Positions 18,001 through 27,366 of a DNA stretch of 34,085 nt are shown here, one piece after another (the first letter of the stretch is position 1; every line of letters starts with the position of its first letter). The position numbers were made by a program, and so were the translations under genes. The notes beneath the pieces are model-generated. The model did no database searches, was not told the origin of the DNA, and saw only the letters and a list, made by a program, of their open reading frames with translations. The DNA lies in the sequence record SRR31156797_12395. The stretch is one strand, 5' to 3'.

Positions 18001-18286
18001 ATGCAACAAACTATATATTGGCTTATTAATAGGAATAGTGCTACCACTGATTACCTCCTATCTTATTTTTTACTTCAGATTTGGTGATACCTTAAGCATT
18101 CAGGAGTTTATTGATGGACTGATAAAAGTACATAGCTTTACCAAGCTTTTAAGTGTAAGTGTTATTCCAAACCTGATATTTTTTACGATTGCCATTAAAC
18201 TCGAAAGATTATTAGCTGCCAGAGGAATTGTAACCGCAACTGTATTATACGCTGTGGCTATCATTATATTGCGCTTTGCCTTGTAA
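17990..18286 (+). CDS. Small hypothetical membrane protein (about 3 TM helices)
   Basis: 98 aa, three hydrophobic segments, overlaps the surE stop (translational coupling). Confidence 0.75.
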   Translation: MNCKCNKLYIGLLIGIVLPLITSYLIFYFRFGDTLSIQEFIDGLIKVHSFTKLLSVSVIPNLIFFTIAIKLERLLAARGIVTATVLYAVAIIILRFAL

Positions 18287-18297
18287 AAAAATATTCG

Positions 18298-18801
18298 ATG
18301 AAGAATACTTATAAGACTTTTGTTAAAACAGGATTGGCTTTATTTGTCATACTTTTAGTTGCTTGTACAACCAAAACAAGTGTAAAAAATAAAAGTACTG
18401 ATGCACAAACTGAGGCAAAAGTATTTTATGATGAAAAAGTCGCATTAGAATTTGTTAATTCATATATCGCGTTTTGTAGTACATTACCATCAAATGTTGA
18501 ATGTCAGCATTGGGTAGATACCAATAAAGTGTTAACTAAGAGCTTTAAAGAATCATATGTTGAGTTAATGAAAAAGGCCGAGAAAGAAGATTCTGAAATG
18601 GGACTTGGTTATGATCCAATTTTAAATGCTCAGGACTTTCCTGATAGTGGATTTAAGATTAAAGATTTCAGTAAACAAAGTGGAATTGTAACGATAACAA
18701 GTGATGAGTTTTCTGGGTTTACATTAATGATTAAATTAACATTGCAAAATTCAAAAACGATGATTGAAGGTTCAGGTGTAATTAATATAGAAGGTAAATA
18801 A
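18298..18801 (+). CDS. Hypothetical lipoprotein, DUF3828/YbjP-like
   Basis: LVAC lipobox; YDPILNAQD motif reminiscent of DUF3828. Confidence 0.6.
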   Translation: MKNTYKTFVKTGLALFVILLVACTTKTSVKNKSTDAQTEAKVFYDEKVALEFVNSYIAFCSTLPSNVECQHWVDTNKVLTKSFKESYVELMKKAEKEDSEMGLGYDPILNAQDFPDSGFKIKDFSKQSGIVTITSDEFSGFTLMIKLTLQNSKTMIEGSGVINIEGK

Positions 18802-18849
18802 ACTTCAAAAATAATTACGGCACTCTCACTATTTATACAAAGTAAGAAA

Positions 18850-19980
18850 ATGAAATACTACATTATAGCAGGCGAACCTTCCGGTGATTTGCATGCATCC
18901 AACTTAATGAAATCTTTAAAACAAGAAGATCCTCAATGTGAGTTTCGGTTTTGGGGAGGTGATTTAATGAAAGCAGTTGGAGGCGAAATGGTAAGGCACT
19001 ATTCAGAAACGGCCTACATGGGCATTAAGGAGGTTGTGGCTAATTTGGGTAAGATTAAGGCTAACTTTAAATTGTGTAAATCAGATTTGTTAGCCTATCA
19101 ACCTGATGTTTTGATATTAGTGGATTACCCCGGCTTTAACCTGCGCATGGCAGAGTTTGCCAAAAATAAAGGCATTAAAGTATTTTATTATATCTCACCC
19201 AAAATTTGGGCCTGGAATACAGGGCGTGTTAAAAAGATTAAAACCTTTGTGGATAGGATGTACACCATTTTGCCTTTCGAGACAGAGTTCTATAAAAAGC
19301 ATGGTGTGCCGATTGATTATGTGGGTAATCCAGTGCTGGATGCGATTGATGGCAGGCAGCATAAAAACGAAGATATCACGACTTTTAAAACCAGAACGCA
19401 ACTGGATGAAAGACCCATCGTGGCTTTGTTAGCGGGTTCCAGAAAGCAGGAGTTGCATTATGTACTTCCTGAAATGTTGAATATGGTAGATCAGTTTCCG
19501 GAATTACAGTTTGTTATTGCAGGTGCGCCTTCTTTTAAAGAAGAGGATTATAAGGAATTTGTACAAGGGAAAGATGTGAAAATCATTTTTGACGAGACTT
19601 ATGAATTGGTGCAGCAGGCACAAGGGGCTTTGGTTACTTCCGGAACGGCAACTTTGGAAACCGCCTTATTGGATTGTCCTCAGATTGTATGTTATAAAAT
19701 GTGGGGCGGGAAGCTATTTTATCGTTTTATTAGGGCGTTTATTTTAAAGGTGGAACATGTTTCATTGGTTAATTTGGTGTTAAATAAGGCTGGAGTTAAG
19801 GAACTATTACAGGATAACCTTAATTTTGATAGCCTGAAAAAAGAGTTGACAAACTTATTGCAAAATCAGGATTACAGAATCAATATATTTAACAACTATA
19901 ATGAGTTGCACCAGATCATGGGCGAGCCCGGAACAAGCTCGCGTGCAGCAAAATTAATGGTAGAAGCTTTAAAAAACTAA
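18850..19980 (+). CDS. lpxB: Lipid-A-disaccharide synthase
   Basis: AGEPSGD, VDYPGFN, SPKIWAW, ILPFE, LLAGSR and SGTATLE motifs. Confidence 0.97.
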   Translation: MKYYIIAGEPSGDLHASNLMKSLKQEDPQCEFRFWGGDLMKAVGGEMVRHYSETAYMGIKEVVANLGKIKANFKLCKSDLLAYQPDVLILVDYPGFNLRMAEFAKNKGIKVFYYISPKIWAWNTGRVKKIKTFVDRMYTILPFETEFYKKHGVPIDYVGNPVLDAIDGRQHKNEDITTFKTRTQLDERPIVALLAGSRKQELHYVLPEMLNMVDQFPELQFVIAGAPSFKEEDYKEFVQGKDVKIIFDETYELVQQAQGALVTSGTATLETALLDCPQIVCYKMWGGKLFYRFIRAFILKVEHVSLVNLVLNKAGVKELLQDNLNFDSLKKELTNLLQNQDYRINIFNNYNELHQIMGEPGTSSRAAKLMVEALKN

Positions 19981-19986
19981 TCACTC

Positions 19987-20718
19987 ATGTGGAGTTTATA
20001 TCGAAAAGAGATTGCCTCATTTTTTAGTTCCATGACCGGTTATTTGGTAGTGGGCGTATTTTTAGTACTTACGGGATTGTTTTTATGGGTGATACCCGGA
20101 GAAATGAATATTCTGTTTGGTGGTTATTCCACACTGGAATCGTTGTTTTACCTGGCACCATGGCTCTATTTATTTTTAGTTCCGGCCGTTACTATGCGTT
20201 TGTTTGCCGACGAAAAAAGAACAGGAACTATAGAGTTGCTTTACACCCGTCCGTTGACTGAAATGCAGGTGGTACTGGCTAAATATTTAGCGGGATTTAC
20301 CTTAGTGCTGATTAGTTTATTACCAACCCTTATATATTATTATTCTGTTATTCAGTTGGGTAATCCTATTGGGAATATTGATCACGGAGGTACTTGGGGG
20401 TCTTTTATCGGATTGTTATTTTTAGCCGGAATCTATGTGGCTATTGGCGTTTTTTGTTCATCCCTAACGGATAATCAAATAGTATCGTTTGTCATTGCGG
20501 TGGTTTTAAGTTTTGTTTTTTACTATGGATTTGAAGCTTTGTCGCAAGTCGTTTCGGATAAAGGTTCTCAAAACTTCATTGTTTATTTAGGTATCGATGA
20601 GCATTATCAATCTATTAGTCGTGGAGTAATTGACTCAAGAGATTTACTCTATTTTTTTAGTGTCATTACCTTGTTTGTTTATTTTACGCGAACTGTTTTA
20701 GGTAGCAGGAAGTGGTAG
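19987..20718 (+). CDS. gldF: Gliding-motility ABC transporter permease GldF
   Basis: Multi-TM protein; PAVTMRLFADEKRTGTIELL, DNQIV and HYQSISRGVID motifs; directly upstream of gldG. Confidence 0.92.
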   Translation: MWSLYRKEIASFFSSMTGYLVVGVFLVLTGLFLWVIPGEMNILFGGYSTLESLFYLAPWLYLFLVPAVTMRLFADEKRTGTIELLYTRPLTEMQVVLAKYLAGFTLVLISLLPTLIYYYSVIQLGNPIGNIDHGGTWGSFIGLLFLAGIYVAIGVFCSSLTDNQIVSFVIAVVLSFVFYYGFEALSQVVSDKGSQNFIVYLGIDEHYQSISRGVIDSRDLLYFFSVITLFVYFTRTVLGSRKW

Positions 20719-20780
20719 GTAAGGTTAAAGTTGAAAAAGGTTAAGGGTTAAAGAGGTGGAAAGGATAAAGGTTAAAGTAG
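20719..20780 (+). repeat. C-free low-complexity tract with GGTTAAAG-like units
   Basis: GGTTAAAG at 20723, 20746 and 20770; variants at 20739 and 20763; no C on the + strand from 20707 to 20780. Confidence 0.55.
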
Positions 20781-20817
20781 CCAGGATTACTAACAACTAG
20801 AATAAAAGCAAAATATA

Positions 20818-22512
20818 ATGTCTCGAAATATAAAATCTAAAAATATTTGGCAACTGCTTATTTTAATAGTGGCCGTTGTGCTTATCAATATGATTGCTGT
20901 AAACTGGTTCTTTCGCTTGGATTTAACCAGTGAAAAACGTTATTCATTATCTGATAATACCAAAGAGTTGCTGTCTTCATTGGATGGGGTAGTTTTTGTA
21001 AAAGTATATCTAGATGGAGATTTGAATGTAGGCTTTTCTAAACTATCAAAGTCAAGCTATGAGTTGCTGAGCGAGTTCCGAGTTTATGGAGGACGAAATA
21101 TTGAATTCAGTTATATTGATCCTAATGACGGAACAAAGAAGGAAAAAGAAACAATTCAGAATGAACTGAAGGAATTAGGTTTGAGTCCTCAACCTGTATT
21201 TGAAAAATCAGAGGATGGAAGGAATACAACATCCTATGTGTATCCATATGCGATTTTATATTATAATGGGATGCAACTACCCATTAGTTTGTTAGAAAAT
21301 ATTCAAGGGTTCTCTGGACCTGAAAACTTAAATAAATCCATAGAGAGTTTAGAATTTAAATTTACCGATGCCATTCGTCGTATTACAACAGAAGAAAAGC
21401 CACGTATTGCTTTTATTGAAGGGCATGGAGAATTGGATGAGTTGGATGTAATTGATATTACAGATCATTTATCGCAATATTACCAGGTCGACAGGGGAGT
21501 AATAGGAGAAGATCCATCCATATTAGATCCGTACAAAGCCATTATTATTGCTAAGCCTCAACAAAAATTTTCGGAGAAAGATAAATTTGTGATTGACCAG
21601 TATATGATGAAGGGTGGTCGTGTAATGTGGTTGGTGGATGCTGTGAATGTGACATTGGATAGTTTGCGAAAATCTCGCGAAACCATTGGCTTGATGGCTG
21701 ATTTAAATATAGAAGATCAGTTATTTAAATATGGTGTTCGCATTAATCCGGTGTTGATTCAGGATATGCAGGCCTCTATGATACCTATTACGGTGTCAAC
21801 CGGAGGACAACCTCGCATTGTTCCGGCTCCCTGGTTGTATAGCCCATTGCTTATTCCTCAGCCAGATCATGCTATTTCCAGAAATATGAATGTGGTACAG
21901 GGTGAATTTGTGAGTTCCATTGATACCGTAAACAGTCAACTTGAAGTGGATAGAACTGTGTTGTTAAGAACTTCCCGTTATTCAAAAACTGAACAGGTTC
22001 CTGTGTTTGTAAGTCTGGGTTTTGTAAATGAGAAGCCTGATCAAAGAAGCTTTACGCAGTCTTTTTTGCCTGTTTCTATCATAGAGGAAGGTTATTTTAA
22101 TTCGGTGTTTGAAAATCGTTTTGTTCCGGATGAAATTCAGCCTAAGCCAGCGGTAATTAAAAATAAGAGTGAGTTCACTAAGATGATAATTGTTGCTGAT
22201 GGTGATCTTATTAAAAATAAAGTACGGTTTAAATCAACCAATCCCAAAATATTGCCATTGGGTTATGATGAATTAACTCAGGCTAATTATGGCAATAAGG
22301 ATTTTATTTTAAACGCTGTCAATTATCTATGTGATGATGATGGTTGGATGGATTTACGTGCCAGAAGCTATACACTTCGCTTATTGGATAAAAGCAAAGT
22401 CAGTAACGATGCCTTCTTCTGGAAAATGATCAATATGGTTGTACCTGTATTATTAATATTGCTATTAGGAATAGGCGTTGTGGTGTATAGAAAATATAGG
22501 TACACCAGATAA
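20818..22512 (+). CDS. gldG: Gliding-motility ABC transporter auxiliary component GldG
   Basis: RLDLTSEKRYSLS, GHGE, IDQYMMKGG, IVADGD and NKDFILNAVNYL motifs; N- and C-terminal TM helices. Confidence 0.93.
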   Translation: MSRNIKSKNIWQLLILIVAVVLINMIAVNWFFRLDLTSEKRYSLSDNTKELLSSLDGVVFVKVYLDGDLNVGFSKLSKSSYELLSEFRVYGGRNIEFSYIDPNDGTKKEKETIQNELKELGLSPQPVFEKSEDGRNTTSYVYPYAILYYNGMQLPISLLENIQGFSGPENLNKSIESLEFKFTDAIRRITTEEKPRIAFIEGHGELDELDVIDITDHLSQYYQVDRGVIGEDPSILDPYKAIIIAKPQQKFSEKDKFVIDQYMMKGGRVMWLVDAVNVTLDSLRKSRETIGLMADLNIEDQLFKYGVRINPVLIQDMQASMIPITVSTGGQPRIVPAPWLYSPLLIPQPDHAISRNMNVVQGEFVSSIDTVNSQLEVDRTVLLRTSRYSKTEQVPVFVSLGFVNEKPDQRSFTQSFLPVSIIEEGYFNSVFENRFVPDEIQPKPAVIKNKSEFTKMIIVADGDLIKNKVRFKSTNPKILPLGYDELTQANYGNKDFILNAVNYLCDDDGWMDLRARSYTLRLLDKSKVSNDAFFWKMINMVVPVLLILLLGIGVVVYRKYRYTR

Positions 22513-22546
22513 AGTTGCTTTAGTTGATCGCTCAATAAATTCACTT

Positions 22547-23470
22547 ATGGATAAATTAAAATATTTAATCGTATTTGTAGCACTCATCGTCCTTGGTTTT
22601 ATCTATTATCTAACACAATCTAAAAGTACATTAGATAATGAGTTTGATGTGGCTATTGCATCTGAAGATATAGTTGAATTCAAATTATCAGATCCACAAG
22701 ATACGCTCCATTTTGAATTATTGAATGATAAATGGGTTTTAAATCAGCAACTAAACGCTTCGGATCTTAAAGTGGATGGGATGATCGAATTGCTAAAGTC
22801 TGTCAGTGTTAAAAATCCGATTACAGGAACTAAAGGCGAGGATTTAAAACAAATCATTATTGAAAGTGGCGTTCAGGTTAATGTTGGTGAGCAATCTCTT
22901 TATTTTATAACTAATCCGATAGATTTAAACGGAAACTTCGTATATAAAACAGGCCATAAGTATGTAGGGCAGCTTAATCAAATAGCAGGGATTAATGAAC
23001 TTCAGGCTTTTTTATCTACAGATAAAGCACAATGGATTAGTAAGTCTATTTTTAATGTTAAATCGGAGGATGTGGAAAGTATTGAGGTAATATGGCCAAA
23101 TGCCACCAATAGTTTTGAAATACAAAAGAATGATTCCGGCCAGTTTGTACTTTTATCAAATGGAAAATATGTTGAAAAGGCCGATAAGAATAAAATAAAG
23201 TATTATACCTACGAGTTTGGTGATATTCAATTGGCATCTAAGGGTGACAAATACAAAGCGGTGGCTGGAGAGTTGGAATGTAAGATCGCTTTGAAAACAA
23301 GTAGTAATCAAATTACAAGTGCTACATTTTATAAATTAGTAAGTAATGATGGTAATGTGGATCGCAATAATTTGATTGTTCATCATAAGGAAGCCAATTC
23401 TTGGGGTAAAATATCCTATGTAAAAATGAGTCCTTGCTTCAAAAAAATCGACTTCTTTTATAAAGAATAA
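22547..23470 (+). CDS. DUF4340-like exported protein associated with gldFG
   Basis: Likely start ATG 22547 (MDKLKYLIVFVALIVLGFIYYL anchor), which avoids overlap with gldG; two repeated beta-rich modules; position after gldG is typical of DUF4340. Confidence 0.6.
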   Translation: MDKLKYLIVFVALIVLGFIYYLTQSKSTLDNEFDVAIASEDIVEFKLSDPQDTLHFELLNDKWVLNQQLNASDLKVDGMIELLKSVSVKNPITGTKGEDLKQIIIESGVQVNVGEQSLYFITNPIDLNGNFVYKTGHKYVGQLNQIAGINELQAFLSTDKAQWISKSIFNVKSEDVESIEVIWPNATNSFEIQKNDSGQFVLLSNGKYVEKADKNKIKYYTYEFGDIQLASKGDKYKAVAGELECKIALKTSSNQITSATFYKLVSNDGNVDRNNLIVHHKEANSWGKISYVKMSPCFKKIDFFYKE

Positions 23471-23532
23471 TTTTATGTAATCCAGATAGTTAGTTTTTTT
23501 TCAAAACCCCTGATTTCAAAATCAATTTTTAA

Positions 23533-23540
23533 TATATTTG
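23533..23540 (+). promoter_or_regulatory. -7 element upstream of dnaN
   Basis: TATATTTG. Confidence 0.6.
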
Positions 23541-23705
23541 GTGAGTGTTCATAAAGGCTGATAACTCCTTTGGGTTAATTTTGGTTAAATCAAAGAATTA
23601 GTTTATCATTACGATATTAAAATTCAAAAGACATTAAGTGTTTAAAATGTTCAAAGTCAGTGTTTAAAAAGAAGGCTTTGAATGCTTAAAATAAAATTAG
23701 TTAAT

Positions 23706-24833
23706 ATGAAATTTGTAGTTTCAAGTTCTGAGCTTCTATATCACTTACAGGCAGTAAGTCGGGTTGTTAGTAACAAAAGTACTATTCCAATTTTAGAGAA
23801 TATTTTATTTGAGTTGAAGGAAAGCAAATTAACCATAACCGCTTCCGATTTGGAATCAACTATGGTTACCTCGATGGCACTTGACAATGTAGATGGTGAA
23901 GGAGTAATTGCTTTACCTGCAAAAATTTTACTTGAAACATTAAAGAAGTTCCCTGAGCAACCAATTACATTTGATATTGCTTTGGATACAAAAGCAGTGG
24001 ATATTGTTACTGATAAAGGTAAATTTAGTGTGATGGGATTGGATGGTGACGAATTCCCGGAGATTCCTCAAATTGACGCTGATAAGTCTTCGCGTTTACA
24101 ATTACCGGCTTCATTGCTATTATCAGGAATTAATAAAACCTTATTTGCGACTGCAGACGATGAGCTTCGTCCGGTAATGAATGGTATTTTAATTGAGATG
24201 TCTCCTGAAAATCTAACTTTTGTAGCGAGTGATTCTCATAAGTTGGTACGTTACCAAAGAACAGATGCTACAACCGATTTTAACTCTTCATTTATCTTAC
24301 CTAAAAAACCAGCTTCTTTCCTTAAGAATGTATTGGTAAAAGAGGACGGAGATGTATCTGTAGAGTTTGATGATAAAAATGCTTACTTCCAAATGGAAAA
24401 TCACCAGTTGGTTTGTCGTTTGGTTGAAGGTAATTACCCTAGTTATAATGCGGTTATTCCACAGGATAATCCAAATAAAATCATTATCAATCGCCAGGAG
24501 GTTGTAAACTCTTTAGGTAGAGTTTCTCTTTTCTCAAACCAGGCCAGTAACTTAGTAAAGTTATCAATTGATGGTGATGAATTGATGGTATCTGCGCAGG
24601 ATATCGATTTTTCTATTTCGGCTTACGAAAAATTGAGTTGCCAGTATGATGGAGATTCAATTGAGATTGGTTTTAAGTCGGCATTTTTAGCTGAATTATT
24701 GGATAATATTTCATCAGAAGATGTAGTGATGGAATTAGCTGATCCGGCAAGAGCAGGTATTTTCTTACCTGTTGATAACGAAGGGCCGGAAGATGAATTA
24801 ATGTTATTAATGCCGATGATGATTAATGCTTAA
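23706..24833 (+). CDS. dnaN: DNA polymerase III beta sliding clamp
   Basis: MKFVVSS start (ATG 23706 preferred), PILEN, ASDLE, RPVMNG, ASDSHKL and LLMPM motifs. Confidence 0.97.
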   Translation: MKFVVSSSELLYHLQAVSRVVSNKSTIPILENILFELKESKLTITASDLESTMVTSMALDNVDGEGVIALPAKILLETLKKFPEQPITFDIALDTKAVDIVTDKGKFSVMGLDGDEFPEIPQIDADKSSRLQLPASLLLSGINKTLFATADDELRPVMNGILIEMSPENLTFVASDSHKLVRYQRTDATTDFNSSFILPKKPASFLKNVLVKEDGDVSVEFDDKNAYFQMENHQLVCRLVEGNYPSYNAVIPQDNPNKIIINRQEVVNSLGRVSLFSNQASNLVKLSIDGDELMVSAQDIDFSISAYEKLSCQYDGDSIEIGFKSAFLAELLDNISSEDVVMELADPARAGIFLPVDNEGPEDELMLLMPMMINA

Positions 24834-24855
24834 TCATATCGTTTAAAATATTTAC

Positions 24856-24882
24856 AGGGAGCCTTTTGAGCTCCCTTTTTTT
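24856..24882 (+). terminator. Intrinsic terminator after dnaN
   Basis: AGGGAGC-CTTTTGA-GCTCCCT-TTTTTT. Confidence 0.85.
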
Positions 24883-24899
24883 ATGCCAACAGATTAATG

Positions 24900-24907
24900 T
24901 ATCTTTG
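24900..24907 (+). promoter_or_regulatory. -7 element for mnmA
   Basis: TATCTTTG. Confidence 0.65.
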
Positions 24908-24945
24908 TGCGCTAATTTAATTTTCTGTTATTCTGAAGAAGCAAA

Positions 24946-26145
24946 ATGCAAAAGAAAAAAGTTGTTATCGGGTTATCGGGTGGTGTTGATTCCAGTGTGG
25001 CTGCTTATGTTTTAAAAGAGCAGGGCTACGAAGTTATCGGTTTGTTTATGAAAAACTGGCACGATACTACTGGTGTGTTGGAGTCGGATTGTCCATGGTT
25101 AGAGGATAGATTTGATGCGATGGCGGTGGCTAAAAAGCTGGATATTCCTTTTCATTTTGTGGATCTAAGTAAAGATTACCGAGCCAGAGTAGTGGATTAT
25201 ATGTTTGGGGAGTATGAAAAAGGTCGTACACCAAACCCGGATGTACTTTGCAACCGGGAAATTAAGTTCGATGTATTTATGAAAAAGGCTTTCGAACTGG
25301 GGGCTGATTTTGTAGCAACAGGTCATTATTGTCGAAAAGATACCATTGAAAAGGATGGTAAAGAATATCATCGTTTGCTGGCAGGTAGCGATAATAACAA
25401 AGACCAAAGTTATTTTTTATGCCAGTTATCGCAGGAACAGCTTTCTAAGGCATTGTTTCCTGTAGGAGATATTATAAAACCGGAGGTGAGACGAATAGCC
25501 AATGAGCTTAATTTAGTTACGGCACACAAAAAGGATTCTCAGGGAATCTGTTTTGTTGGGAAAGTTGATTTGCCGGTGTTTTTACAACAAAAACTGGAAG
25601 CTAAAAAAGGTAAAGTCTTTTTAATAGATAGGGACTGTGAACTATATCAAAGAGATTGGTCTAAAGCTTTTGATAATCCCAGTGATGAAGTATTGGAAGA
25701 ATTATCGCAACCTTATCCTTTTCATCCTAAGTTTGGTAAAAAGGTAGGTGAACACGGAGGTGCGCATTTCTATACTATCGGTCAGCGTAAAGGTTTAAAT
25801 ATTGGCGGTTTTCCGGAGCCATTGTTTATTATTGGTACTAACATTCAGTATAACCAGATTTACGTAGGTATGGGAAAAGAAAACCCTGGTTTATACAGAC
25901 AAGTACTGAAAGTAAATGCAGATGAATTACATTGGGTAAGACCTGATTTGGAAATGAAGGTTGGAGAAAGTCGTCGTTTAAATATACGTATTCGTTATCG
26001 TCAACCATTACAAATAGGTGTAATTCATAGAAGAGCTGAAGGTATGTATGTGGTTTTTGATGAACCACAAAGAGGAATTGCAGCGGGTCAGTTTGCGGCC
26101 TGGTATGTAGATGACGAATTAATAGGATCCGGAGTAATTGATTAG
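24946..26145 (+). CDS. mnmA: tRNA-specific 2-thiouridylase MnmA
   Basis: [39 protein letters not shown] and YTIGQRKG motifs. Confidence 0.97.
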   Translation: MQKKKVVIGLSGGVDSSVAAYVLKEQGYEVIGLFMKNWHDTTGVLESDCPWLEDRFDAMAVAKKLDIPFHFVDLSKDYRARVVDYMFGEYEKGRTPNPDVLCNREIKFDVFMKKAFELGADFVATGHYCRKDTIEKDGKEYHRLLAGSDNNKDQSYFLCQLSQEQLSKALFPVGDIIKPEVRRIANELNLVTAHKKDSQGICFVGKVDLPVFLQQKLEAKKGKVFLIDRDCELYQRDWSKAFDNPSDEVLEELSQPYPFHPKFGKKVGEHGGAHFYTIGQRKGLNIGGFPEPLFIIGTNIQYNQIYVGMGKENPGLYRQVLKVNADELHWVRPDLEMKVGESRRLNIRIRYRQPLQIGVIHRRAEGMYVVFDEPQRGIAAGQFAAWYVDDELIGSGVID

Positions 26146-26182
26146 GCTTTAATATAGCCAACTCCGGAATTGATATTATACA

Positions 26183-26683
26183 TTACTTAAACATTTTAGG
26201 ATAAATATAAAGAGAAGGTTCACCACTTCTTACTTCTAAGTCTTTCCAGTTATCAATACTAAATCTCACTACCGTTGTGCAAGATGTTGGAAAGTGATAC
26301 AAATCTTCGTTCATTAAATTAACTGTAAAGCTGGCAATATCCGGATTGTGTCCAAAAATGATGATGGTATCATATTTATCTTCAAATTTAGCCAGATAAT
26401 CAATCATTTGAGCGGCCGTATATCCATCGTAAATAAACTGTTCCTTGACAATATCATCAGGATTGTAATCCAGAATATCTGCAAATATGCTTGCCGTTTC
26501 CATGGCTCTGGTGGCACTGCTGGTAATGAATAAATCAGGACTGTATCCTTTTTTGTCCAACTCTTTGGCTATTAATGCAGCATCCTTATGTCCTCGGGGA
26601 AGTAATTTCCTTTCAAAATCAGATTTGCTATAATCGTACAATTGTTCTGTTTTGGCGTGACGGACTAGTATTAGTTTTTTCAT
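26183..26683 (-). CDS. SixA-like histidine phosphatase
   Basis: LILVRHAK, DFERKL, SSATRAMET and GHNP motifs. Confidence 0.88.
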   Translation of the reverse strand: MKKLILVRHAKTEQLYDYSKSDFERKLLPRGHKDAALIAKELDKKGYSPDLFITSSATRAMETASIFADILDYNPDDIVKEQFIYDGYTAAQMIDYLAKFEDKYDTIIIFGHNPDIASFTVNLMNEDLYHFPTSCTTVVRFSIDNWKDLEVRSGEPSLYIYPKMFK

Positions 26684-26812
26684 GGTTTTAGTATAAAGTA
26701 TCTTCGTTAAACAAGTTTTAAACCATTTTACAAAAAGGGTCTTTTGTCTTTATTCTGATTATTATAATTAGATGTTTAAAATAGCTATTTTCGGGCAAAA
26801 TAAAACAGAATA

Positions 26813-27319
26813 ATGACTCGAATAGGACTTTTATCAGATACGCATTCATACTTTGACCCACGTTTTACAGATCTCTTTGCCAACTGTGACGAGATTTGGC
26901 ATGCCGGTGATATTGGTGATGTTAAGGTGCTGGATGCGATGCGAGAGTTAAAACCGACTCGTGCTGTGTTTGGTAATATTGATGATGCCAAAATAAGAGC
27001 AGAGTTGGATGAACATTTAAGATTTACATGTGATGGGGTAGATGTCTGGATGACTCATATTGGTGGATATCCCGGAAAATATGCGCCACAGGTTAAGTCA
27101 ACGATTTATAAAAATCCACCTAAATTGTTTATCACAGGACATTCGCATATTCTAAAAGTGATCTTTGACGATAAAATTGGCTGTTTGCATATCAACCCTG
27201 GAGCGGCTGGGAGAAGTGGTTTTCATGCTGTGAGAACAGCTATTCGATTTACTTTAGATAATGGTGAAATTAAGGATTTGGAGGTGATAGAGTTGGATAA
27301 TAAAACCTTTGGAAAATAA
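26813..27319 (+). CDS. YfcE/MJ0936-like metallophosphoesterase
   Basis: LSDTH, HAGD, FGNID, GHSH and NPGAAG motifs. Confidence 0.92.
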   Translation: MTRIGLLSDTHSYFDPRFTDLFANCDEIWHAGDIGDVKVLDAMRELKPTRAVFGNIDDAKIRAELDEHLRFTCDGVDVWMTHIGGYPGKYAPQVKSTIYKNPPKLFITGHSHILKVIFDDKIGCLHINPGAAGRSGFHAVRTAIRFTLDNGEIKDLEVIELDNKTFGK

Positions 27320-27352
27320 AAGGCTGAACGAATTGAACATTCAGCCTTAAAT
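27318..27352. repeat. 35-bp hairpin/terminator, copy 1 of a direct repeat
   Basis: AAAAGGCTGAACGAATTGAACATTCAGCCTTAAAT; stem AAGGCTGAA/TTCAGCCTT; 33/35 identical to 29040-29074. Confidence 0.88.
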
Positions 27353-27366
27353 AGGTTTATTAACCT

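Noticed and set aside
14512-22512. pheT without pheS, and gldFG without gldA
   Set aside because: Both separations are ordinary in Bacteroidota.
23471-23705. oriC upstream of dnaN
   Set aside because: No dnaA and no cluster of good DnaA boxes; only one weak match.
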